NCBI GenBank assembly: GCA_051294375.1
Contig: CM119268.1
Location: 4,983,878-5,047,877 of the forward strand
Direction of reading: 5' to 3'
DNA length: 64,000 bases
Source: Paraspadella gotoi
Taxonomy: Eukaryota > Animalia > Chaetognatha
Made by a program: the position numbers and the translations under genes. Below, one piece after another: positions 1 through 13,800 of this stretch (position 1 is the first letter of the stretch; each line of letters starts with the position of its first letter). Under the pieces are notes generated by a model, which did not search any database, was not told the DNA's origin, and saw nothing but the letters and a program-made list of their open reading frames with translations.

Positions 1-2571
1 TTCGCCCATCGTTGGGTCTCAGGTAAGGTTCTTCTGTAAATACAGGCATACATTAATTACAATATTCAAAGCAAATTTATCCACCACCCAAAAATAGGGA
101 ACCTCGTTGCCGTCTTCTCGACCGCCTTCCTATTACGAAGACTCAACACAAATCACGGCCCCTACCTTCTCGTCTCCGCCCGGGCCTTACCTCGCTCAGC
201 AAACCGCCCCTTACTTCACTCACCCACCCGCCTACGCGCGCATCGAGGGATCGCCGAATCCCCGTGCGTCTTGGGCACCGCCTTCTCTTGCTTCCGGCTC
301 TTTCATCGGCGCCGGTTGGCCCAAAAAATCCGGTCAAGCGGAAGCCGTTCGTCCCCCGGCTTACAGCTTGAGTCACCATCCTCCCACGGGTTGGTTAATT
401 TTGCCGGGGTGGGGGGCGGATATTAAGACAAGGAACTTTCTTTCTAAAGTTATATCAATTTCATACAATTTCATACAATTGATAAACATGTAATTAATCG
501 TTAAATGAGGATGTTCCGATCGAAGACTGTACTGCCAAGCCTTAAAAATTCACCCTTCTACATCCCGTCCCTTTCACCCCTCAACTACCCCGTGACCGCC
601 CCTTCCAGGACCCTCCACGATATCCTCCAGCTTGCCGTCGTGCGGCAAAGACGATCTCGAGACGAAAACGCGGCGAGCCCTGGACTTTGAGGGCGAAGGG
701 GGCCGCCCTTTGGATTTGAACGAGGGTCCGCCCCCTTACGAAGACGTCGTCGGTTCCTCGGGCAGGACTCCGATCATTGGACAAGGGTATGTTCTCTTAG
801 GAAAATGTTTATTCCTCATTACCCGATCAAAATTCTGCGGTTGAATGGTGATTCAGTATTTTTATTTCTTGTGATATAAATACATATAAATAATTTTCTA
901 AAGAAGTTTTGAAATAATTTACCGAGGAGTGAGGGATAGCATTTAATACGCAGATCCAGAATTATGAGAGAGAGTGTGTGTGTGTGTGTGAAAATCAAGT
1001 GAAGTTCTGTCCGCTCAACCTCGCTTTCCGACTTACGACACGTCTCCTTCTTGAATCAATTACCAATTAAATCTAATTAGGCCAATTGCGTTGTTAGTAT
1101 GGGGGCTCGTCGTTTGGTCCATTTCAAATGACATCCTTAAGTTGCCTTGACACATTCCCGTCCCCATATTATTTTTTTATAGGCCTCCTTCGACCCGGAA
1201 TGGCCAGTCTAGTGGCGCCACCGAATCTTCAACGTCGGTGACGATGGCCGGCGATCGAATGATGGTGACGAACCGGAACTATCACGCGCCTTCGAACAAT
1301 CTGGTCGCAAGGCGGGCGGCGAGGTACAGGTAGTCTTGGGTTATAAATTACTATTATTGTAGATATCTGTACTATTTTGATTAATTATTAATAATAATTA
1401 ATAAATAATGGTAAACATCTTAAATAAAAAGTTTAGAAATCAATGTCGATAATTTCTTCTTTTTTTTTCCCTTTCTTTACTTTTATTTATTATTTTGCCA
1501 TCGTTTTTTATTCTCCGGAGGATATAGCCGTCAACCGTATTAAAAAAAAATCCTATTCACAAGATATTAGGTCGTTAATATTGTCTTATGCAAGGTCAGT
1601 ATGAATTTCAAACGGACTGTTGTATTCGTAAATCTTGTTTCTAAAATTGTCAGCAGTAATTGTTGTATTTTATTTCTGAATAAGAATGACGTTGAATTTC
1701 AAGTGCGAATCATTTTTTCCTAAGTTCATACATACTAGGCACAACATATGGTAAATTAAATTTAAGATAAAAAAAGGAAAAGAAAAAACTTTCCATTAGA
1801 CGTTTCGACGTTTTGAACACGAAAGCCCCTTTTTTTATTTTTTCTTTCTCGTAAAAATAACAAATGGTGAGATGCCAAACTCCAAAGATCTGCTTCGGAT
1901 CAAGTTACTTTTTCTGCTCCGTTTTTTGAGCCCGGGCAGTTTTTTTTTTTTTAAGTGCAACAGTAACGTTCAAGTAAACTCTCAAGAATCTTAGTACATT
2001 AGCTTAAGATTTGTAGATTTCGATACAATCTTAATCTCAGTTCATACGTCGTTCAAAATAATAAAAAAATATTATAACTTACTATCTATGAAAATTAGGA
2101 AAAAAATTAACGCATTTTAAAGACTTACACGTCGCTTTCCTTAACCTTCATTTGCCCCCTTTTTTCCAGGAGCAACTCTTCGCTGGAATTGGATCGACTT
2201 GAAGTGGCCGAGGACGTTGCTTCACCCGGCGGAACCCTCAGGCAAGTCCAAAGCCTCGTGCCTTGAATGTCCTATTAATTCCGTTTGGATTGCGAAAAAA
2301 TTTAAACAGAATGTCAAGTAACTTTGCATGAGCATTGAGCAGTCCCCTGAGCCTCGGATTTGCCACTTACAAGGGGTTAAAACTACTCTGCGACTACAGG
2401 TCTCGAACCCCGAATCTTTGGGTTTGGAGGCGCTTGTCTAGGAACGGTTGGTTTCAATCCACCCCATTTCTTTTCCTACCGGTTCGCGATTGAGCTTGGG
2501 TTCTTTAATTAATAAAGCAGTTTTAGCTTTTCGAATCGATTTTCTCTTTTCATTTGGTAACCTCTAATAAC

Positions 2572-2608
<37 letters not shown>

Positions 2609-3629
2609 CTTTCAACTTTCTTTTTTTCATTGCAACCACTCCATACAACGCTTGCCACACTCAAACACGCCGCCTATTGTACCCCCAAAGGGTTTTTTCT
2701 CTCTAACTCTTGATTGCATAAACAGAAAAAAAAAAATAAACAAAGATTTCTACCGGATTCATCTTTCGTCGAAAGGAAGAAAAAAAATAACCTTTCACCC
2801 GAAGTTAAAAAGTCGCCGGTTAATTTATGTTCGACAGAAACTCGCGTTTCTGGACTTTTTATTTTTTCTGCTTTACTAGAGCCGGTCGTCGGATAAACTA
2901 CACCGTTGTTGGGATCTTTTAACGACGGACTGACGAAAGTTTACGTTGCTTACGTTGGACGTAGCTTGGTGTTTTTTGTAATCGTATTGTCGGCCGGTTT
3001 TTGGATTTTTCCCGCGGAGTAGTTGAATTGTAGGGAAAGGTGTGGTCGAGGGGTGTTAGGCTGGCATTGAATCGTGTTCACGAGTTTCTCCTTAATTTTC
3101 AGGAATTAGCTAAGTTCGAGTCGTAATGACGCGAATTCGAAAGGAATAAAAATCGGAGAGTGACTCAGTCTTGACACTCTTGTTTTGACTTTCCGTGTCA
3201 TTGATGTTTGATAATGATTCGTATTCGAACTTAACTAAGTATTTTACTAATAAATATATTGTTCAGAAATCGTCACTAATTGAAACCACCAATCGCAACC
3301 ACAGAACCCTGCTTGCAAAATAAAAATTGACATTTATAATCTGTTAAAATGGATACAATTGACTTAACAGCTAAGACAGGCCTACCTCCCTTCTACACTC
3401 TTCTTCAACTCCTTTTTGTGGTTTTTTTGACTGACTTCACCAGTTGTCGGTTTTATAAAAATTGATTCTTTCTCACCGACACGAAAGACAAATTATGCAT
3501 TGAGATTTTAAACGGGAGTTGAAAAAATAATAATTAAAAGACATTCACGGTCTGAAATCGTTTTAAAAAGGGGGGAGAGAGAAGGAAATCAATTTCCTCT
3601 GACTCATACATAACCTGGAGGCTTATTTT

Positions 3630-3695
<66 letters not shown>

Positions 3696-5317
3696 CCCGC
3701 GCTCATGTTATCTTTTTTTAATTTGCACTTCCCGAGACCAGTAATCCAATTAATTAGTTTTCGGTTTCGTAGTTTGTTTTATTTTGGTTCGTGTTGTTTG
3801 GGCTCGAAACTTATGTGAAATTTCTGTTTCTCTTTGAAGTGAAAGCGTATTATATTATTTAGAACTTCCAAAGAAAAAATTTTGATTCCCCTTGTTGATT
3901 CGATTGCGTTAAATGTAATTTTTACTAATTCGACCATCGTCCGCCAGGCGTCATCGCGACTACGGTTCCTCCGGCTCCGTCGACCTCATGGGCTCCAACA
4001 ACGAATTCTTCGAGATGGTGAAGAACTACTCCTTGGACCAGACGTTGGATCAGCGGAGTCCCGCTCCCGCGGCAATGCGAGACATACTGCAAGGTGAGTG
4101 GGTTAAAGGTTTGGTCATTCAGTCCCGCTTCTTCCGCCATGCGAGATATGCTGTAAGACGAGTGGATTCAGAGTTTATTCTCGGAGTCCTGCTCTTGCAG
4201 CAATGGGAGACCTACTGCAAATAGCATCAGTTGATTGGAAAGTTTGGACGTGCGAAAAAAAAGAAACTCGGAAGGGTGAGGTTTGAAAAGGATTGAGGTG
4301 GCTTGATACGAGTTGCGTTTAAAGGCGGACTAATGTCATGTTTACATGTATGTATTCTATTTTGAAAAACTTGACGTTGAACGACAAACCATTTTTAAAA
4401 TTTTAACTTAAATTTCGGTCTGCTTTTCTTTTCGTGGAATTTCTGCTAATGATTTTTTCCCACTATTTCTTGAATATTCTTACCATTTTTTTTCCAAAAA
4501 GAGGTAAATACAAATAGATTGACGTGGCCTTACACGAGGACTTTAAAAAGTGGGAATAGATAACGGGTCAAAACAGGTCGCGAGATAAACTCGACGTAAC
4601 CAAAGGTGAATGTTTTTCGTGAATAGTTGTGAACCCGAACTCTGAACTCACGATCGAGGCGAGATAAAAAAAAAATCAATGCGCCATCTGATTTTTTAAA
4701 AAGAAATTTCCTGTAGATTACAATTCACAAAATTAAAAGAACGTATCACTTTGTTCTGAGCAGCTATTGTCAGCGAACCTGATCTGACGGATCAAGTGAG
4801 ACGAGACGTGTGCCACCTGCTCTTACATTCCCAATCAGACTCGCGCCTTAATCGTCTATCGATTAAGATTGACGATTTGGATTCGGAGCCGAGATATATT
4901 TACATCGGCCGGAACGGGCCGAGTCGGCACGCCTCTTCGAAAAGCGCGTCCAGGCGAGAGAGGAGATAAGACGTCGGTGGCGCATTTAGTGATTCATCGT
5001 CAGCGATAATCTTACCTTTTTTCGCAAACTTTTTCCTCTCTGACTCTGTCTCTCTCCCTCGAATCGCTTCACCTAATTTTTTCTGCCTTCGATTTGATTT
5101 TTTGGAAGGAGAAAGAATCTCAAGAAAACTTTTTCGAGAATAAAACAGAATAAAAAAAAAAAAAAAATTCAAGGAAAATAAAAAAGTGAATTTTTCAGAA
5201 AATCCAAAGCTTTTTCTCTCTTCACGTTTCGGGAGATTTTCTCTCTGGTTTTTTTAATCGCAAAACTCGATTCTGTTTCGTTTTTTCTGTTTTACATAGA
5301 TCTGAAAAATTATACAG

Positions 5318-5351
<34 letters not shown>

Positions 5352-5745
5352 TCTCTCTCTCTCTCTCTCTCTCTGCTCTCTCTCTCGCGTCCGAATGATT
5401 TTGATCGCTTAATCGACTGGGATATCAGCGATTTGAAAAAAAATACTGTTTTTAACTTTCTATCACTGCCCGAGCGGGCCCGTAGATGCCTGGGGGGGGG
5501 GGCGGGTTTGGGATTGAACTCTCATTATTTATTCGCCTGCGCGGGCCCAAGCTGCACGCCTGGAGTCGGGCGGGAGGGATTCGGCAAGACAAATTTTATT
5601 TTTCTTTTTTTTATTTTTTTTTTATCGAAACTCGTTCAGTTTTTCGAAGCGTCGTCATTTCCGTTGTTCTCTTTTTCTGTCGTTGTTGGGAAGAGCTTCC
5701 GCCCGCGGTTGTCACCCAATCTGTCCCGCATATGTCACGTCCTCT

Positions 5746-5804
<59 letters not shown>

Positions 5805-7782
5805 AACACGAGTGTTTAACTTTGTCATCAATCTCCAGTTCGCCTCTCTCAAATTCCTACATTTTTCATTGCATTTGCGGAATACTGTGTAATACTGCGT
5901 CGTTGTTCGCTCGAAACAAAAAAGACGAAAAATAAACTCCCCCCTCAAGCGCCATCGCCTCTCCCTTCGCCAGGTTCATCGGCCGTTTCCGGTCTTTCGT
6001 CTCGCGTCTCCGGCCCGATTCACGAAGACTTCGATCTGAAGACGCCCAACTCGGATTCCGTCGCCGCCGCCACCCCTTACCGCGGTCAACCGCCTTTCAA
6101 GCCCGATGTAGAGCAGGTCAGTCGAGGGATAAACAAGAGAGAGGGAGAGCACTTGTGACATTGGTACAACCAATACATATATATACACAATGTAATACAC
6201 ATGTATTTAAATTATCTATTCCTTCATCATAGACGAGCTGTATTGCCTACTGACTTTGGACAGGCTATGGTGTATTAAGGCCACCATCTTTCAAGACTGC
6301 ATTTGCTCTAGCACCAAATCTTTTACTTCCCCTCTAACGTTCAGCCTGCTCCTTCCACTGGAGCAACAATGAGCGACACTGAAGGCACCGAGGTCGCGCA
6401 GTCTCCGCGGATGAAGAGCAAAGCGGCAAAAATGAAGGAGCGGAAACAGAATAGGAGCAAGAGCGTCATCCAGGTGAGAACGTGTGGGTCTGTGTTCGTT
6501 TAATGCAGAGTTTACCCATAGGCGAGTGCATTTTCCTATGTATTGTATTTTGATGTCTAAGCTCTATTGTTCAATGTTCATTGGACAATTCGTTACCTTT
6601 TTCAAAATTTAAGGATCGCTCGACGTCTTTTTTTGGAAAGTTGCGCGGCGGCGCCTCCGGCGGCAGCGGCGGCGCGGCTCTGTCGCGTCATCCCAACGTC
6701 GGGGGCGTCAATGGCGTTGACTCGGACTCGGGACTCTCAACTAGTCAGGTGAGTTCGACCTAAAGCGTCTTGACTCTTGAGTCGCTGCTTTGTTGCTGTT
6801 TCTGTTGTAGATCGTCTAAAGGTGGACCCTTCAACTTCCCCTACCTCTCACCCTCCCCTTCATCCAGCGGAGTTCCGAATTCGACGTCGTTTTCCCACCG
6901 GAGGCGCTTCGCGGCGCCACGGGCGCCTCCCTGGCCGCCATCGCCTCCAATCCTCCGAGCGGCGGCGGCAGCGCCGCCAGCGCCGCCTCGGCGGCTCTGG
7001 TCGACGGCGGCGGATCGACGAGACGAACCGTGATGCATCACGACCTTCAGTCCGTCATGTTCTCTTTTCACGACGTCGTCGCCTCCAAGGTTTTTTTTAT
7101 TAATTAATTAATTAGCTAATCAAAGTTATTCTTCAAAATTCAGAATTCCTTCTCTATCTCTCTCTCTTCCCCTCCCTACCTCCAGCGTTTGGCGGCGTCC
7201 CAGCGGCGCAACACGACGACGGGCGCCTCTGCCGCCAGCGCAGTCGGCAGCGGCGGTCGCGTCCACGGGGGCGCAGCCAAGGAAGGACAGAATGTCCCGA
7301 CCACGACCGTAAACGATACAGGTAATGAACGTTTTTGCTTTGGAATTGAAATCTTAAGCCTTAAGATTTTGTTTCTAATTCTGATATCCTGGATATCAGA
7401 ATCAAAATGTTTAGATTACTTTAAACTTTAAACACACACTCTGTCTCATTCACATACACATTCTTTCTCTCTCCCCGTCTCTCTCTCTCTCTCAGAATAC
7501 GACGCCGGCGACGATAAGAACAACCTCCTCGTCCGCTCCTGCCCTTTCTTCCGCAACGAACTCGGCGGAGAAAACTTCTCCGGAATCTTCAACGTCTCCC
7601 TCATCGAAAGCCCCTTCTACGGGTCGCCGGGGCCGCCCGGGGAGGAGGACCCTGGAGGAGGAGGAAGGGGACGAGGAGAAAGAGGAGACATGGAGACCTC
7701 TCTCGGGGCCAATTCGCTAATCGAACATTGCGACAGGGGGGCGCTGTATTACAGGAACTTTTTTCACGGGCGCGGTAAGGGA

Positions 7783-7814
<32 letters not shown>

Positions 7815-10800
7815 CGAATGTCATGCCCCCTGTTTTACAGCTCGCCTATCTCTCCCCACCCGGCTCCATCCCCTCTCCCGGCTCCATCCTCCCGGCTACA
7901 TCCCCTCCCACTCCCTCAGATCATCAAAATTATTTCGGCAACGACGAAAACTTCGGTCCTGTCGCCATCTCCATTCGTCGCGAGAGAGTCGACACGAACA
8001 ACAACCTCAACCAAGGTGAGTTACGAACTTTGTCGCTCCAGGCGATTTTCTGCTGCGAGGTTTGATTCCATACTTTACATTCCATACTTAACTTTTAATT
8101 TGAGAATAAACTTTAACAAGTATTTTCTCTAATCCGAAAGTTTTTTTTCGCAATCCCGGCAGCTATTTGCGTGGGGAATGGAGTCAACAACGGTCCGTCC
8201 ACCGCCGATGCCTCATCTCAACCGACCCCACCTTTCAACGCCATCTATCAGTACAGGGTCATCGTCCGGACGAGCGAGGTAAATTTAAAAAGGGTTGCAA
8301 ACTTACGTGTCCTCCAAACAATTTAGGATTGACATTTTAAACCTTTATCCTTTGTACTCTCTCTCTCTCAGCTCCGCACTCTTCGCGGCGCCATCCTGGA
8401 AGACGACGTCCCCTCCGCTTCGCGCCACGGCGGCGCCAGAGGGCTCCCACCCAAGGACGTCCTCGAGGCCGTCACCCCAGAGCTGCAGCTGTCAGCGCTG
8501 CGGCTGGCGCAGACTGGCGAGCGGGTGCAGGAACAGTTGCTCAAGCTGGACGAACAGGTCGGTACTGCTGCATTTGGGGCTGATTTGGTGAGAATTGTGT
8601 CGACAACGGTCTAAAAGGGTGACCCGTGTGCAACCCTTCCGTTTGACGTTGTTACGGGGCAAACGTTGCGGACCCCCTAACGGGTCGATGAACGATTGTT
8701 TCAGCATTGCTCGTATGCCTGGAGGACACGGGCAGCAGTGCGTTAACAGTTTTACTAGCCAAATGGATCAAATGAAAAGCTAATAAGTAGAACGTCATAA
8801 AGTACTCAACCCATGTGCTACTATTAATCATTTACTCAATATTGCTGGAGAGAGAAATAGTGTAATGAACAATGAAATAATTATCAATGATGAATGAATG
8901 AATTTTTATTTAATAACATTAATGTCGCTTAGGGAATATCCACGACCTACAAGGTCGGCATCATGTATTGCCGGGCCGACCAGTCGAGCGAGGAAGAAAT
9001 GTACAACAACGAAAGGGCCGGTCCCAATTTCGACAAATTTCTCGATCTCTTGGGGGAAAGGGTCAGGCTGAAAGGTGATATTTTAGTATATATAATATAT
9101 ATTTTATATTTATTTTATATATATATATATATTTTAGAATAGATTTTATTATATTTACGCCATCTTTTTAAATCGGATATTGTGACGTTGTCTCGATTCC
9201 CAGGTTTTGAAAAGTACCGGGCACAGTTGGACAACAAGACGGATTCGACAGGGACGCATTCGCTTTACTCCTGCTTCGATGGATGCGAAATCATGTTCCA
9301 CGTCTCCACCTTGTTGCCCTACACGCAAAATAATAGACAGCAGGTGCGAAAATAGCGATTTTTTTAAACGCAAAACGGAAATAGTAAAGTTGACCTAAAC
9401 ACAAAATAATATATATGAAATTAGATACAAAATAACTCGTGTAGATGTGAGAAATAAAGACGTTGGCTTTGCTCGCGAAATGATAAAATTCACTAAGATC
9501 CCTCCCCGCCCCCAATTTGTGGCGCCACAGTTGCTACGTAAGCGACACATTGGGAACGACATCGTGACCATCGTCTTCCAAGAACCCGGCGCCCATCCCT
9601 TCACCCCAAAAGCCGTCCGATCTCAGTTTCAACACGTATTTATCGTCATTCAGCTCACCACCGAATCAAAATACAGGTTTATTTCCCCCGAAAAGAATAA
9701 TACCGATGTCGTACTAAATGTAAAAAACTAAATCGACCTAAAATCTGGTGTATCGACGGTGTGTTTTAATTTCAGCGTCGCGGTCTCTCGCTCGAAGGAC
9801 GTGCCGCCCTTCGGTCCCCCGATCTCTGCGGATGGCTGCTTCGAGCATTCGTCCGCCTTTCGTGATTTCTTGCTCGCAAAAGGTGAGTTTAAAAGTAAGA
9901 TGACTTGCCCTACTCGATCCACGCCCTTAACCCATGGCGCCAAATCCCTTTCCAGTGATAAACGCAGAGAACGCAGCCCACAAATCTGAAAAATTTCGCG
10001 CGATGGCGACCCGAACGCGACAGGAATACCTCAAGGATCTCGCCAACAATCACGTGACCTCGACGACGCTCGAGTCAAGCAGCAAATTCGGTGAGAGTTC
10101 AGAGAGTGCAGTGGAAGAGACGATAAGGACAGGGGGCGACGAAGCATGGGCAAGCCCAGTGTTAGCTTCTCAGATCCCCACGTTTTGGTTTGGCCCACCT
10201 AACCACCGCTAATAATTTCCCTCCCGTTCTTTAAGCGCTTGCCAAGGAATTTTTGCTATATAATTGTGGTAAGAAGAGAAAAATTCTACCTCATCACCAG
10301 AAAAATAAATGAGTCTTACGTCGTAAAAGAATTTGTTGTTTGGAATGTATTATGATTATTCTTTGCTAAGAAATGACAAACAAATATGGAACCAAAACGG
10401 AATTGCGTTTGGCATTTTTTTTCGTGACAATTCACATGGTTTTTTTTTTCGCCGCTAAGTCTGTCAATGATTTCCTAAAGATTTTATTATTTCTTACCAA
10501 TTTGGGTATTCTATTTCAACGCAACTATGAACTTTGACAATTAGTTTTTTTCTCCATATGCCTCCTCACTGTGGGACTGAATTGCGTTTATCATCGGAAA
10601 TAATAAAGATTCTGTCGCCACCGAAGCCTCTTTTTCTCCATCTCATATTTTTTGTAGCGTTTGTTCACGCACCGCGTGTTCCAGATTTGACAGGACTTTT
10701 TAATTTTTTTAATTATCACAGTGAATATTTATCAAATATTGCAATTATTTTACAATTTCAGCTAAATTCTCGATGAAGAAGAAGGATCGACCGAAGAGTC

Positions 10801-13800
10801 ACGTGCCGCCTCTCGAATCGCAGTTACGACCCGCCGTCGTTTGGTCTGTCTGTTTGGAGGTAGTAAAGATAGTCAGAAATATTAAAGAAATACAATCGGT
10901 TAAGAGAACGGGGCCGAGAAAGGGATTTTCACAATAGGTCATATTTTGATAATTTCCATAAGCGTTTAATCTCCTTTTCTCCTTCTAATCCTTTGAACGG
11001 ACCAGTTTTGTTGCCCTATAGACAGTTTTTTTCCCACTAATATTCCAGCTCTTTGACTTATATTTTTCTGCCTTTTTAATGTCGATTTTCTTTCAATTTT
11101 CCCACTCCAATATTTTCTTCTCTCAATTCCGTCCGGCCCTTTTCCATCAGGACCTGGTCGGTTCTTTCAAGCGAACTCCTTGTTACCTCGCCATTTCCGC
11201 CACGGCGCTCGCGTTGGTCGACAAAGTCACTGGCGACATTATATGTTTCGTTCTCAATTCCAACGTCATTGGCTGGACGGAAGCCGACGAAAGGTAATAA
11301 AAATAATTTGGAAATAACATTGCATTGAAAGGGATATACTCCGACGGATATAGACATTTTATTCGGCTAAGGAAAGAATTGGCGAAGATGTGTCATTTTT
11401 TGTGACCAAAAAAAAAAGAGATGGGTCGATGGCCGAAATAATAAAAAGTCCCCGGAATATATAACGGTCGTGTCAAAAAGGAGTTGAAAGGATGAAAAAG
11501 GCTGTTTACCTTTTTTTTTTCTTGAGGGAGGGGGAGGAGAAAGAGAGAGGGTTTCCTCTCTATTCTTGAGGCGAATGTTTACTCTGCGACTGTGTGTGTA
11601 TAAGAGAGAGAGAAATTTTTCTCATTCATGTAAAGGAAAAGAGCGATGAAAAATGGTGTGACGGTGTCTGTTTTTATCGGGGCCTTCTGAATGGTTGTCT
11701 ACCAATTTGAATCAAGACTCCGATATAGACCCTCACGAAACTTGGTAATTTTAGAGAAATGTTACTTTACTATTTAGTACATAGTAATTAAAAAGAAATA
11801 GTAATCCGTTCCGATCACCAACCCCGCAGCTTGAAACTGTATTACGATCACGGGTGCTGCCTTTTCCTCCAACTTCACCTGACGCAAGACAAACGCGACA
11901 TCCTCCATCGCCTGTCGCAGGTATCGCCTGGCTGCCTGGCCAGGGAGGTCAGCCTGAGAAGGAACGCCATGGGCCAACTCGGCTTCCACGTCTATTCGCA
12001 GGGTGAGAGAAAGAATTTATAATTATTGTAAGCATAGTCGTCGAGAATGATGAAAATGTTTACTTTGGCGTATTTTAACTTTTTGTCAATATTTTAAAAT
12101 TGTCGAGTTCAATTTTCAATATTATCGAAGGGTCTAATCGCTAAGAGCTGAGTTGATATCTTGGGACTAAGTATTTAGTGAAATTTACAAATCGTATCAG
12201 TAAAATATTAGTTTAATAATAATCGTTGATTTTCCCAGGATCCAAGAACAGATACAGACGCAGTGTATTTTTAAGGGGTAAGAATACGCACCTGAGTTTA
12301 CGATATTGTTTACAGATTTTATTTATGGAGTGGTTGAAACAGAAAAAAATTGTTTCATCGGGTGGCCTAGTACTTTTATTTCGTGGGCTGTTTTAGAAAA
12401 AAAATTTATAAAAGCTTATGAGATTCGAACCGAATGTTTGAGTTTTACGCTTGTCACTGTTGCGGCATTGCCTTTTCTTTCAAATCACGAAAATAAAATA
12501 TGAACGTTCACAAATTTATCGATTAATATCTATTTATTAAAGTTGAAAAAAAATGATAAAATTGAAAAATTGTAATTGCAAAAAATCATTGCAATCCTAG
12601 CATATAAAGTTATACTGCATATCCGGTCTTCATTCTTTCCGCATCCCCTCCTTTCTCCCGTCCCCCCCCCCTTTTAACCTGTCAGGCCTGGTGATGGAGG
12701 TGGAGCCTCACGGCCCCGCCTGGCAATCTGGCCTTCGTCCTGGGTCTCGCCTGCTGGAGATCTGCAAGGTGGTCGTCGCCGAATTGACTCACGAGGAAAT
12801 GGTTGAGCTTCTGCGGACGAGCGTGGTGGTGACGGTGTTGGCGGTGGCGCCGAGAGACGATGGATCGCCGAGGGGGTGAGGAGCCTAAATTGTTGGGGTT
12901 GGGGTGGGGTTACGGGGAGTTTGGAAAAGGCGTACAACCGAGTCTTAAGTGTACATGATTAGTGGAGCCGATAAGAATTTGACATAATTTAAAGGGTGAG
13001 GGCTTTCGACCGAAGTTTCGAAAATTTGAAGGTAGAATGATTTCAACCGAGTCTCATATTACGTCATCGCTACTACGAGATGGTCGGGACCGATAAGGAG
13101 TTGGGTGGGGACTTTTACCTGAGGCGTTGTTTTGATTGGCGGGGCCGAATAGAAATTGACATAATCTAAAGGGCGAGGGCTTTCAACCGAGACTCATTTG
13201 GAGGGGGACATTTTTGAGGGGTTGGCGGGAAAATGTCGAGAATTGTGACGACAACAACAACAACAACAAAAACATTCTCCTCGACAGACTCGTGGACAAC
13301 TCTGACGGCGACGTCTCCCTCACGGACGACAGCATCCTCAGCCCCTCCTCCTCGAACATCACCCTCGACGACGCCGCCACCTCCACCCTCCCGTCCACCG
13401 GGAGTTCCTCCACCGCCTTCGCCACCTCCTCCACCTTCGCCTCTTCCACCCTCGCCTCCACCGCCTCGGACTCCTCCGTCACCTCGCGATCTTCTGACAG
13501 GTCGGTAGTTGTGGTTGTGGGTGGTGAAGGTGTGGTCTCTTTGGTATTGGTTGTGGTCTCTGTGGTCCTGTTTGTGGTCTCTGTGGTCTTGGTTGTGGTC
13601 TTGTTTGTGGTCTCTGTGGTCTTGTTTGTGGTGGGTTCTGTGTTGATTTAGCAGCCAACAAAAAACAGTTGAGAAATATAGTACCGGAGGTTTGTACATT
13701 GCAAAACATTATTATTATTTTAATTATTATTAATAATAATTATTAATTATTTTAATACTTGCTAGTGTATGTGCAGACATGTTCGTCTTTTTGAGGTACT

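Noticed and set aside
505-690. Independent small ORF or exon starting at 510
   Set aside because: The required phase hits a stop; the acceptor at 608 gives a continuous frame instead
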